A stretch of DNA of 64,000 nucleotides from an uncultured delta proteobacterium (lineage in GTDB: Bacteria; Desulfobacterota; Binatia; HRBIN30). This document shows positions 44,623 to 53,046 of this stretch, one piece after another; within the stretch, counting starts at the first letter, position 1; the number at the start of each line of letters is the position of its first letter. Position numbers and translations under genes: made by a program. The notes under the pieces are model-generated. The model saw only the letters and a list, made by a program, of their open reading frames with translations, was not told the DNA's origin and searched no databases. The stretch lies in the NCBI GenBank assembly GCA_963729835.1, contig CAVSQF010000023.1, positions 155,739 to 219,738 on the forward strand. Reading direction: 5' to 3'.

Positions 44623-46474
44623 GCAACCCAGCGGCGCCGTGACCACCACCGGGGGTGGCACTGCGTCGGGGGCGACGCCAGCCTACAAACTCTCGGCCGA
44701 ATGCCGGGCGCGGATCGTCGCCGAGCGAAAGAACTTTCCCCAGGCGCGCGCGGCCCTGATGGCGGCCCTGCATCTGGCGCAAGCCGAGTACGGCTACTTG
44801 CCGCGCGCCATTGTCGACGAGGTCGCGGAGTTGCTCGAACTGCTGCCCATTCAAGTGCAGGAAGTGGTCTCGTTCTACCCGATGTTTCACGCCGAGCCGG
44901 TCGGCAAGTGCCACATCCAAGTCTGTACGAACATCGCCTGCGCCCTGGGCGGCGCGCGCAAGCTGGTCCGCCAGATCGAGTCGACCCTGGGTATTCGTGC
45001 CGGCGAGGTCACGGCGGACGGTAAGTTCTCGCTGGCGGAGGTGGAGTGCCTAGGCTCCTGTGGCACGGCTCCGGTCGTGCAGGTGAATGATCGGCCGTAT
45101 ATCGAGTGCGCCACTGCGAGTGATATCGAGCAGCTCCTCGGCGGTGCCGATCCGGCGACGTTGGAACGGGCGCCGGGGCTGTCGATGATTCCCGAAGGCA
45201 TCGAGGGGTATCTCCTGCCGCCCAATGGACAGTCGCGGTGTGCGATCGACGAGTACCTGGCGGCCGGCGGGTACCAGACCGCGCAGCGGGCGTGGCGCGA
45301 GATGCAGCCGGAGGCGATCACCGAGATCGTCAAGGACTCCGGGTTGCGCGGGCGCGGTGGTGCCGGTTTCGTCGCTGGGCTGAAGTGGACCTTCATGCCG
45401 AAGCAGTCGACGAAACCGTGTTACCTGGCGGTGAACGGGGACGAGAGTGAACCGGCAACGTTCAAGGACCGCCAGATCATCGAGCGCAACCCGCATCAGT
45501 TCATCGAAGGCGCGCTGATCGCCGGGCGCGCGATCCGCGCCGTGGCGGCATACGTCTACCTGCGCGGCGAATACGTCACCCCGTACCGGATCCTCATGGA
45601 GGCGATTTCAGAGGCGTATGGGCGCGGGTTCCTTGGCGACAATGTGATGGGGACCGGGCAGCGCTTCGACATGTACGTGACACGGGGCGCCGGAGCGTAC
45701 ATCTGTGGCGAAGAAACCGGCATGATCGAGTCGGCGGAAGGCAAGAAGGGACAACCGCGTAAACGACCGCCCTTTCCCGCCGGCTGGGGGCTGTGGGGGT
45801 GCCCAACCACGGTCAACAACATCGAAACGATTTCCCACGTCCCCTTCATCCTGCAGCGTGGGGCAGACTGGTTCAAGAAAATCGGTACCGAGAAGAGCAC
45901 CGGCAACACCCTCTTCGGCATCAGCGGCCACGTACGCCGTCCCGGCGTGTACGAAGCGCCGCTCGGCACGCCATTGCAGGAGATCATCGAGCGTTACGCC
46001 GGCGGCATGGCGAACGGCCGGCCGCTCAAAGCCATCATTCCCGGCGGGGTGTCGATGCCCGTGCTCACGGCCGACAAACTCGGCGTCCGCATGGATCACG
46101 ATTCGCTGCAGAAGGCGGGCACGCTCCTGGGCACCGCCGGCATCGTGGTGCTGGACGACTCCGCGTGCATGGTGCGCGCGGCGCTGGTGATCGCGCGCTT
46201 TTTCCGGCACGAGAGCTGCGGACAGTGCACGCAATGCCGCGAAGGCACGGCGTTCCTCTACAAGCTTTTGAAGCGCATCGAGAGCGGCGGTGGCCGTCTC
46301 GAGGACCTCGACACGATCAATAGTGTCTGTGGCTTCATGGAGGGGCAGACGATCTGTGCCCTGTCCGATGCGGCGGCCTGGGGCGTGGGAAACTTCGCGC
46401 GGCGGTTTCGCGCCGACTTCGAGCGGCACATCACCGAGCAACGCTGTCCGTTCCCCGACAGCTTCGAGGCGTGA
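44612..46474 (+). CDS. nuoEF: Fused NuoE-NuoF subunit
   Basis: NuoE 2Fe-2S (VCTNIACALGG...CLGSCGTAP), then NuoF GLRGRGGAGF, GEETGMIES, ESCGQCTQCREG. GTG start overlaps the nuoCD end. Confidence 0.9.
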   Translation: MTVEQPSGAVTTTGGGTASGATPAYKLSAECRARIVAERKNFPQARAALMAALHLAQAEYGYLPRAIVDEVAELLELLPIQVQEVVSFYPMFHAEPVGKCHIQVCTNIACALGGARKLVRQIESTLGIRAGEVTADGKFSLAEVECLGSCGTAPVVQVNDRPYIECATASDIEQLLGGADPATLERAPGLSMIPEGIEGYLLPPNGQSRCAIDEYLAAGGYQTAQRAWREMQPEAITEIVKDSGLRGRGGAGFVAGLKWTFMPKQSTKPCYLAVNGDESEPATFKDRQIIERNPHQFIEGALIAGRAIRAVAAYVYLRGEYVTPYRILMEAISEAYGRGFLGDNVMGTGQRFDMYVTRGAGAYICGEETGMIESAEGKKGQPRKRPPFPAGWGLWGCPTTVNNIETISHVPFILQRGADWFKKIGTEKSTGNTLFGISGHVRRPGVYEAPLGTPLQEIIERYAGGMANGRPLKAIIPGGVSMPVLTADKLGVRMDHDSLQKAGTLLGTAGIVVLDDSACMVRAALVIARFFRHESCGQCTQCREGTAFLYKLLKRIESGGGRLEDLDTINSVCGFMEGQTICALSDAAAWGVGNFARRFRADFERHITEQRCPFPDSFEA

Positions 46475-46477
46475 AGA

Positions 46478-46608
46478 CAGCCGTCAGCAGTCAGTGGTCA
46501 GCAGTCAGCTGAGAACACTCATGTACCGAACAGCCGTCAGCAATCAGCAGTCAGCCGTCAGCAGTAAAGAAGGAGCTGATCGCTGAGAGCTGAAGGCTGA
46601 CAGCTGAT
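46478..46608 (+). repeat. Intergenic array of GTCAGC-type short repeats that can fold into a long imperfect hairpin
   Basis: ACAGCCGTCAGCAGTCAGTGGTCAGCAGTCAGCTGAG and ACAGCCGTCAGCAATCAGCAGTCAGCCGTCAGCAG. 46545-46562 pairs at 16 of 18 positions with 46589-46606. Confidence 0.75.
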
Positions 46609-46623
46609 AGCGAGGGATCCTCT

Positions 46624-46926
46624 ATGCCCGGTCCGATACTTCGAAACGTCGTAGTACGATATTTCGGCACGCCGGATGTCGCCGAAGGCAGCGTCAACGA
46701 GCCGCGCGAGCACGACGAGCACGGGATGCGTTTCAACGAGAAGTGGGTCTATCGGCATCCGCTACGCGATCCCGCCGGCGCCGCCGAGCGCATCATCTAC
46801 TGGCACCGCTACGATTACGTCGGCTCGGTCATTCGCACCAGCAAAGATGGCGAGTGGCGGAAGGACGACCGGCTCCCTGCGCTGCTGATGAACGCACCCG
46901 GCCGGCAGGCGTCAGCGCACACATAA
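46624..46926 (+). CDS. Hypothetical 100-aa protein; its 3' end is the repeated junction sequence of island 3
   Basis: GAGGGA lies 6 nt upstream of the ATG. No family recognised. Confidence 0.5.
   Translation: MPGPILRNVVVRYFGTPDVAEGSVNEPREHDEHGMRFNEKWVYRHPLRDPAGAAERIIYWHRYDYVGSVIRTSKDGEWRKDDRLPALLMNAPGRQASAHT
46840..46886 (+). repeat. Direct repeat copy A (inside the 3' end of ORF 46624..46926)
   Basis: AGCAAAGATGGCGAGTGGCGGAAGGACGACCGGCTCCCTG is identical over 40 nt to 53631-53670 (46 of 47 nt when extended). Confidence 0.9.
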
Positions 46927-46986
46927 TTCGCCTCCCATGAGTGAGAACCTGGGTTCTCACGAAGCTTCTCGAGGGCGTTGGCGCGA

Positions 46987-47244
46987 TCAGTCGGGTTGAG
47001 GGCGTCCTTCAGCAAGAGTTCGGTGCCGACGATCACCGCGAGCTTCCGCACGGTCGCTCGCGGCGGTAATGCTCTGGACCTTGATGCGGTGGGCGGTCTT
47101 CTCGGCTTGGGCGAGGTCGTACTGCATCTGCAGACCGAGCCAGACCTCCGGACGGCTGCCGAAGGCCTTGGCCAGCCGTATGGACATCTCGGGGGAAATG
47201 CCCGCCCTGCCATTGACGAGGTTGTTGAGGGTCTGGCGCTTCAC
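46987..47244 (-). CDS. higA: HigA-family XRE-HTH antitoxin, probably 5'-truncated; no toxin gene is adjacent
   Basis: KRQTLNNLVNGRAGISPEMSIRLAKAFGSRPEVWLGLQMQYDL. Homology continues upstream (AAARLGV) but is cut by an in-frame TAA at 47263-47265. Only a GTG start is available. Confidence 0.55.
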   Translation of the reverse strand: MKRQTLNNLVNGRAGISPEMSIRLAKAFGSRPEVWLGLQMQYDLAQAEKTAHRIKVQSITAASDRAEARGDRRHRTLAEGRPQPD

Positions 47245-47415
47245 ACCAAGGCGGGCGGCCGCTTACGGCGACGGCGGGCCGGCCCCATTCACTCTCGTGA
47301 GTTTGCTGGGGCTTGACAAGGACAACCATCAAGTGGTTTATGCCGCATCGAGGACTTGCGCGCGCGGAGCGGTCACAGACAAAGCACCCTGAACCAGAGG
47401 CAGGGAGGTTCGGCT

Positions 47416-50400
47416 ATGGAAAAACATCCGATCCGTCGTGGAATTGTTCGGCTCTTGTTGCTGCCTCTGTTTGCCGCCGCACCAGTGTGTGTTGTACCAC
47501 GGCAAGCTGCAGCGCAAGCACTCGATGTTGATGGGAACGGTAAAGTCGATGTGGCGACGGACATCGTCTACATCGCCCGTCGGTTGCTGGGCCTCGCGCC
47601 CGTGCCCGCCAGCTTCCGAGCTGCTGACCCGACCATTCCATCGGACACGACAGTAGGCTCGAACGTCGACGCACTCGGCACCGCACTCGATGTGGACGGG
47701 AACGGCACCGTCGATGTCGCGACGGACATCGTGTACATCGCGCGGGCCCTGCTCGGCCTACCACCAGTGCCCGGTAGTTTTCGGCAGCTGGACCCGACAA
47801 TTCCCGACGACGCGACGATTGCTGCACACATCCCCGTGCTAGCTGGGCTGCTATCGTTCGGGAATCAGGTTGTTGGAACAACAAGTCCCCCGCAAAGCGT
47901 CGCGTTTACGAATTCTACCGGCACCCCGGTCGTTGTGAGCAACGTCTCTACCAGCGGCGACTTTCTTCAAGCTGGTGCGTGCCTGGGAACACTTGCACCG
48001 AGCCAGACGTGCAGCATTTCGGTCGCGTTCAGTCCAAAGTCGATCGGCCCACAGAGAGGCAGCCTAACGATCGCCGAGAACGTGACGGGTAAGTCCTATA
48101 CCGTGACGCTACTCGCCACGGGCGTGACCCCGGCGTCAGTCGACGTTTCGTTTGCTCCCCTGCCTGGTTCGAACGCCGAAAACCTCGTAGCAGTGAGTTC
48201 TCTCGGCGAGAGCCCGATCGGCGTGGGTGCGTCCACGGCAACTTTCCCTACGGCGCCGAACCTAGTGCAGATCGTCGCGCTGATGGATAACTCCCGGGGA
48301 TTCGGCTGGACCGCTGTCTCACCCGCATGGTTCCAAGATCAATCAAGCCAGCCGATTGGCCCCTTATCTACGGCAGTACAAATGGTGTTTTCACTTCCTT
48401 TTGTGTTCAGCACGAGTCCCATAAACGCCGCTCGGACAGTAAACATTCTCACTGGTTTACCTGAGGTTCAGGCATTAGCCACCGCATTACAAGGCGCAGC
48501 GGGAGGTTCTAACCCCTTAACAGACCCCTCGGTCGTTTCTGCATACTCGGCGGCGGTAGCAGCTTCGCTGGCAGCACTAAACGCGGCCCCAAGTGCTGCC
48601 GCACGACGCTCACATAGTCAGCCCAGTAGCGTCCGTGTGTCGATTACCGAGGGGCAGCGGCGCACCGCCGTGGAGCGGCCACTTCTGGAAACTGCATCCT
48701 ATCTGGTTTCAGAGCAAACTTTGCCGCAACAGCCGCAGGATCTACAGGCCACTCGCATCAATATCGATCCGTCCATTCCCTCGATACAGCCAGCCTGGAG
48801 TTCAAATGTTGACATAACCGATCAAGGCCTATTCTGGATCGGGTTCGTATTCCCGGCTAAATTGGCGTTTCCGTCTGAAGCGACGTTTACGCAAGCCTTG
48901 CTGACTGACTGGCAGAGCAACCAATCGAGAAACTGGGCTTCCTACGTGCCGGCAATTTCGTCTCCTTATGTGCCGCTGCGCAGCCAGTCGGGTAACCTCG
49001 TAACATATCTGCAGCCGAGCACTTGGGCGAACGGCATGTACGTTAGCGACGCGGAGGAACTTCTAGGAAACTTGATCGCACGGCACGTCGGCGCGCCGGA
49101 CACCGGTACCGCTCAGCCTTCGTTTGACCTACCGACGCACTCCAACGCGTACATTGTACACCTCTATGGCTGTTCGTATGATGTTCGGGATAGATTGATC
49201 CTAAACAATCAGAATGCCCCAAATGATTTTGCTCTCCTAGCGAACTGGGACCCGCCAGTGGCACAGACGGGCTGGACTGCGTCTTGCGCCGCTACGCTGC
49301 TGACACTGTTCTACGATGACCTCAACGAACTACTTTCAATATTGCCGTTGCCTGCCGGGGAGTCCATTCTGTCTTGCGTGCTGACCAACGAAGCCCAAGA
49401 TCAAATCGTTTCCGACCTCGACCAAGACCTGACGAACGCCTTCCAAGGCGCCTACAGCGGCGTCGGCACAGCACAGGGTATCGAGGACGCCCTGGCTGTC
49501 GCAGGTCTCCGCTTCGCGAGCAACTTCACACAGAAGCTTGGGCCGTGCATAGCGCAAGAAGGCGTTTCCGACGTGTTGAAAGCGTTGGTGTCTCTGGTGT
49601 CGGCGGAGTTTGGGGCACTCTTGAACGCAGTCATCCTACCGACGAACGCTTGCGCGATGACCTCCGGTTACCCCACAGCGACAGCGTTCTGCGATCAGTT
49701 TTCGCGGTTTTTCATGTTCAGGCCTTGGGAAGGTACGGTTGTTCAGGTCGGCTCCGACCCATGGGCATGCGGCACCAATGAGTGCTCGCCGGAAGGAGCG
49801 ACTCAGTGCTTCGATGCGCACACCCAACAGACATGCATCGCGGACGGATCGGGTTGCCTGACGTGGGGGGCCGATTACCAGTGTGCGAACGGCTGCGTCG
49901 GTGCGGCCTGTGCGACCTGCGTAAACGAGTGCTCGGCCGGTCAGACACAGTGTCTGAACTCGACGACACAGCAGACGTGCGGCGACTACGGTTCCGGGTG
50001 CCTGACGTGGGGGTCGGACTTCCAGTGCGCCGACGGGTGTGTTGGTAGTGCATGTGCCGCCTCGCCCGCCGGCGGCTCGATTCTCATTTTCCCCAATATT
50101 GTGGCCGGAACAACGCAGGGTGATACGAGCCTACAAATCACCAACGTATCGCAGATGCCAGTGTTTCTCACTTGCACTTACTTCAACCGTTCGGCAACAG
50201 CCCCACTGCCAGGTTGCACCGATTTGTCTTTTACGCTTTTCTTAACCGGCTCAGGTGACCCGGCATACTCCTCAACATCATGGCTCCTGAGTACTGGTGA
50301 GCGGATGGGTGCCGGCTTTATACCTCCTACCGCGGATTTCAGTGGCGACTTGGTATGCGTAGCATGCACAGCACCCCCTTTCGTTCAGCCGCTCATGCAG

Positions 50401-53046
50401 AATGTCCTGATGGGCTCTGCGGCGTACGTTGGCCCCGGTGACGGTTTCAGCGGGAACGCCATTCAGATACAGGCACTTAGGACCAGCCGGGATTGCGTCC
50501 TCCGGCTCAATGGCGCCGAGTATGGTACGTGCCCATCGAGCATCTCCGACGCACAGCTGGCGTGCTGGAATCAGGACGCCAGCTGTCAGGGACCGTTCTT
50601 TTTTGCAGCAAGGTGCAACAATAATGGGACGATTGATCCGGGTGAAGAGTGCGACGGTGCCGATCTCGGCGGCGCAACCTGCCAATCGCACGGGTTCATG
50701 AATGGTGGAACTCTGACGTGCAACGGCGATTGCACAGTGAACACTATTGGCTGTTGCAATGAGTGTGCGCCGGTCAACATGACACAATGTCTTGACGAGA
50801 GCACAGAGCAGACTTGTTCGGATAACGGCTCTGGCTGCCTGACATGGGGTGAAAACCAGACGTGTCCAAGTGGTTGCTATGTGGGTTTCGTCAATGGCTG
50901 TTGCAATGTTGGCGGATGCGCCGAATCCGCATCTGCGTGTGGCCTTGCGGAATACGCGGTCCCCACGGCCTACAGCGGCCCCGTTGATATCACCACTGGT
51001 CTGGATGGCAACCTGTGGTTCACGGAGCAGAGCGGTAACAAGATTGGTAAGATCACTACCTACGGCGACTTTACGGAATACGCGGTCCCCACGGCCTACA
51101 GCGGCCTCGGCGAGATCACCACTGGTCCGGATGGCAACCTGTGGTTCACGGAGGAGACCGGCAACAAGATTGGAAAAATGGGCATCTCCATTTCCGAGTA
51201 CCCGATCCCGACGGCCAATGGTCAGCCCGGTGACATCACCACTGGTCTGGATGGCAACCTGTGGTTCACGGAGCACATCGGGAACAACATTGGTAAGATC
51301 ACTACCGACGGCGACTTTACAGAATACGCGATCCCTACGGCCAACAGCGGCCCCCGTGCCATCACCTCCGGTCCCGATGGCAACCTGTGGTTCACCGAGG
51401 ACAACGGCAACAAGATCGGCACGGTGACCACCTCCGGCAGCTTCACCGAGTACCCCATCCCCACTGCTGACAGTGGGCCTTCCGACATCACCACTGGTCC
51501 GGATGGCAACCTGTGGTTCACGGAGAGGAGCAACAGTAAGATAGGCCGCATAACGACGGGTGGAACAATCACAGAATTTTCGCTTGCTGCAGGTGCAGGC
51601 CCATCCAACATCACCACCGGTCCGGATGGCAACCTGTGGTTCACGGAGATTATTGCCAACCGCATCGGACGGATAACGCCAGGAAGTCCGAACAGCGTTA
51701 CTGAATTCGGGCTTCTGGCCGCCAACAGCCCATTCGGTGTCCCCGCTGCGCTTGGTGCCATCACCAGTGGTCCCGACGGCAATCTGTGGTTCACCGAATT
51801 AGACGGCAACAACATCGGCCGCATCACAGTTTGCCCACAAGCGTGTGGAAATTCGATTCGTGAAGGCTCGGAGCAGTGCGACGGGAGCGATGATGCCGCG
51901 TGTCCGGGAGCGTGTCAGGCGGATTGCACGTGCGGAGCGTCCCCGACTCCAACAGTCCCGCCGACGGATACCGCGACCACTATACCGACAGCTACACCGA
52001 CGCCGACCGAGACACCGACGCCGTGCTTCACCGACAACGGCGACGGCACGATCACCGACAATACGACGGGCCTGATGTGGGAGAAGAACGACCAGTCCGG
52101 AGGCATCCACGACTACAGCAACACGTACACGTGGGGCATGACGGGCTCGCCGTACACGATGAATGGGACGATGGTGACGACGTTTCTGGCGACTCTGAAT
52201 GCGGGCGGTGGCTTCGCCGGCCACACGGACTGGCGGATTCCAAACATGAATGAGTTGCAGAGCCTCGTGAACTACCAGAACGTGTCGCCGGCCGTCGATA
52301 CGGCCTTCAATACGGGCTGCGGCGCGAGTTGCACGGTGCTCACGTGCAGCTGCACGCAGCCGGGCTACTACTGGTCGTCTACTACCTACCAGGGCCTTCC
52401 GACCGACGCGTGGTACGTGGACTTCTACGCCGGCGCCGGGCACGCCGGCTCTAAGAGCTACGGCAGCTATGTTCGCGCAGTCCGTGGTGGCTCGTCCCAA
52501 CTGCTGCGAACCGGGCAGACGAGCGACTATGGGGCGGGCAGCGACGGGAATTTGCAGGAAGGAGCGGCGCGGTCCTACACCGACAACGGCGACGGCACGA
52601 TCACCGACAATACGACGGGCCTGATGTGGGAGAAGAACGACCAGTCCGGAGGCATCCACGACTACAGCAACACGTACACGTGGGGCATGACGGGCTCGCC
52701 GTACACGATGAATGGGACGATGGTGACGACGTTTCTGGCGACTCTGAATGCGGGCGGTGGCTTCGCCGGCCACACGGACTGGCGGATTCCAAACATGAAC
52801 GAGTTGCAGAGCCTCGTGAACTACCAGAACGTGTCGCCGGCCGTCGATAGGGCCTTCAATACGGGCTGCGGCGCGAGTTGCACGGTGCTCACGTGCAGCT
52901 GCACCGTCTCCTACCTCTACTGGTCGTCTTCTACCGTCGCTGCCCACCCGAACCTCGCGTGGCTCGTGGACTTCAGCAATGGCTACGTGTACAACAGCTT
53001 CAAGTTCAGCCTCTACCACGTGCGTGCCGTGCGCGGTGGCTTGTGA
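47416..53046 (+). CDS. Giant (1876 aa) secreted mosaic protein: 2 dockerin-like EF-hand repeats, ASH/choice-of-anchor-D-like domain, about 540 aa with no recognisable domain, 3 Cys-rich modules, Myxococcus-type Cys repeats, 7-blade Vgb (streptogramin-lyase)-like propeller, PT linker, 2 DUF1566 domains
   Basis: AGGGAGG lies 7 nt before ATG 47416. Signal peptide is RLLLLPLFAAAPVCVVPRQAAAQA. Domain motifs: DVDGNG(K/T)VDVATDIVYIAR twice; LSFGNQVVGTTS...TCSISVAFSP; CSxGxTQCxxxxTQQTCxxxGSGCLTWG three times; ITTGPDGNLWFTE seven times; TGLMWEKNDQSG...WRIPNMNELQSL...VRAVRGG twice. Confidence 0.88.
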   Translation: MEKHPIRRGIVRLLLLPLFAAAPVCVVPRQAAAQALDVDGNGKVDVATDIVYIARRLLGLAPVPASFRAADPTIPSDTTVGSNVDALGTALDVDGNGTVDVATDIVYIARALLGLPPVPGSFRQLDPTIPDDATIAAHIPVLAGLLSFGNQVVGTTSPPQSVAFTNSTGTPVVVSNVSTSGDFLQAGACLGTLAPSQTCSISVAFSPKSIGPQRGSLTIAENVTGKSYTVTLLATGVTPASVDVSFAPLPGSNAENLVAVSSLGESPIGVGASTATFPTAPNLVQIVALMDNSRGFGWTAVSPAWFQDQSSQPIGPLSTAVQMVFSLPFVFSTSPINAARTVNILTGLPEVQALATALQGAAGGSNPLTDPSVVSAYSAAVAASLAALNAAPSAAARRSHSQPSSVRVSITEGQRRTAVERPLLETASYLVSEQTLPQQPQDLQATRINIDPSIPSIQPAWSSNVDITDQGLFWIGFVFPAKLAFPSEATFTQALLTDWQSNQSRNWASYVPAISSPYVPLRSQSGNLVTYLQPSTWANGMYVSDAEELLGNLIARHVGAPDTGTAQPSFDLPTHSNAYIVHLYGCSYDVRDRLILNNQNAPNDFALLANWDPPVAQTGWTASCAATLLTLFYDDLNELLSILPLPAGESILSCVLTNEAQDQIVSDLDQDLTNAFQGAYSGVGTAQGIEDALAVAGLRFASNFTQKLGPCIAQEGVSDVLKALVSLVSAEFGALLNAVILPTNACAMTSGYPTATAFCDQFSRFFMFRPWEGTVVQVGSDPWACGTNECSPEGATQCFDAHTQQTCIADGSGCLTWGADYQCANGCVGAACATCVNECSAGQTQCLNSTTQQTCGDYGSGCLTWGSDFQCADGCVGSACAASPAGGSILIFPNIVAGTTQGDTSLQITNVSQMPVFLTCTYFNRSATAPLPGCTDLSFTLFLTGSGDPAYSSTSWLLSTGERMGAGFIPPTADFSGDLVCVACTAPPFVQPLMQNVLMGSAAYVGPGDGFSGNAIQIQALRTSRDCVLRLNGAEYGTCPSSISDAQLACWNQDASCQGPFFFAARCNNNGTIDPGEECDGADLGGATCQSHGFMNGGTLTCNGDCTVNTIGCCNECAPVNMTQCLDESTEQTCSDNGSGCLTWGENQTCPSGCYVGFVNGCCNVGGCAESASACGLAEYAVPTAYSGPVDITTGLDGNLWFTEQSGNKIGKITTYGDFTEYAVPTAYSGLGEITTGPDGNLWFTEETGNKIGKMGISISEYPIPTANGQPGDITTGLDGNLWFTEHIGNNIGKITTDGDFTEYAIPTANSGPRAITSGPDGNLWFTEDNGNKIGTVTTSGSFTEYPIPTADSGPSDITTGPDGNLWFTERSNSKIGRITTGGTITEFSLAAGAGPSNITTGPDGNLWFTEIIANRIGRITPGSPNSVTEFGLLAANSPFGVPAALGAITSGPDGNLWFTELDGNNIGRITVCPQACGNSIREGSEQCDGSDDAACPGACQADCTCGASPTPTVPPTDTATTIPTATPTPTETPTPCFTDNGDGTITDNTTGLMWEKNDQSGGIHDYSNTYTWGMTGSPYTMNGTMVTTFLATLNAGGGFAGHTDWRIPNMNELQSLVNYQNVSPAVDTAFNTGCGASCTVLTCSCTQPGYYWSSTTYQGLPTDAWYVDFYAGAGHAGSKSYGSYVRAVRGGSSQLLRTGQTSDYGAGSDGNLQEGAARSYTDNGDGTITDNTTGLMWEKNDQSGGIHDYSNTYTWGMTGSPYTMNGTMVTTFLATLNAGGGFAGHTDWRIPNMNELQSLVNYQNVSPAVDRAFNTGCGASCTVLTCSCTVSYLYWSSSTVAAHPNLAWLVDFSNGYVYNSFKFSLYHVRAVRGGL
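52029..52355 (+). repeat. Internal duplication copy 1 (first DUF1566 domain)
   Basis: 325 of 327 nt are identical to 52578-52904 (offset 549 nt). Mismatches are at 52251 and 52301. Confidence 0.9.
52578..52904 (+). repeat. Internal duplication copy 2 (second DUF1566 domain)
   Basis: See 52029-52355. The antisense track ORFs 52052..52243 and 52601..52792 are identical proteins, which confirms the repeat. Confidence 0.9.

Noticed and set aside
46478-46608. CRISPR array or CRISPR remnant, suggested by the repeated GTCAGC-type units
   Set aside because: The units are 7-10 nt, contiguous and partly self-complementary. There are no 25-40 nt repeats separated by unique spacers, and no cas genes.
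47313-47341. Sigma-70 promoter for the giant gene (a perfect TTGACA at 47313-47318)
   Set aside because: The best -10 candidates at 17-18 nt spacing (GTTTAT/TTTATG) match only 3 of 6 positions and lack the key A2, which is too weak to annotate.
47245-47415. HigB toxin gene upstream of the HigA-like ORF
   Set aside because: No frame between the HigA remnant and the giant-gene start encodes a RelE/HigB-like peptide. The HigA frame itself is cut by TAA at 47263-47265.
52029-53046. Diversity-generating retroelement (template/variable repeat pair), since DUF1566/C-type-lectin-like domains are known DGR targets and a 327-nt near-identical repeat is present
   Set aside because: Both copies are in-frame parts of the same ORF. 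They differ at only two positions, a T/C and a C/G, which are not adenine-specific. The divergent tips differ by indels and wholesale substitution rather than an A-to-N pattern. No reverse transcriptase or accessory gene is in the window.
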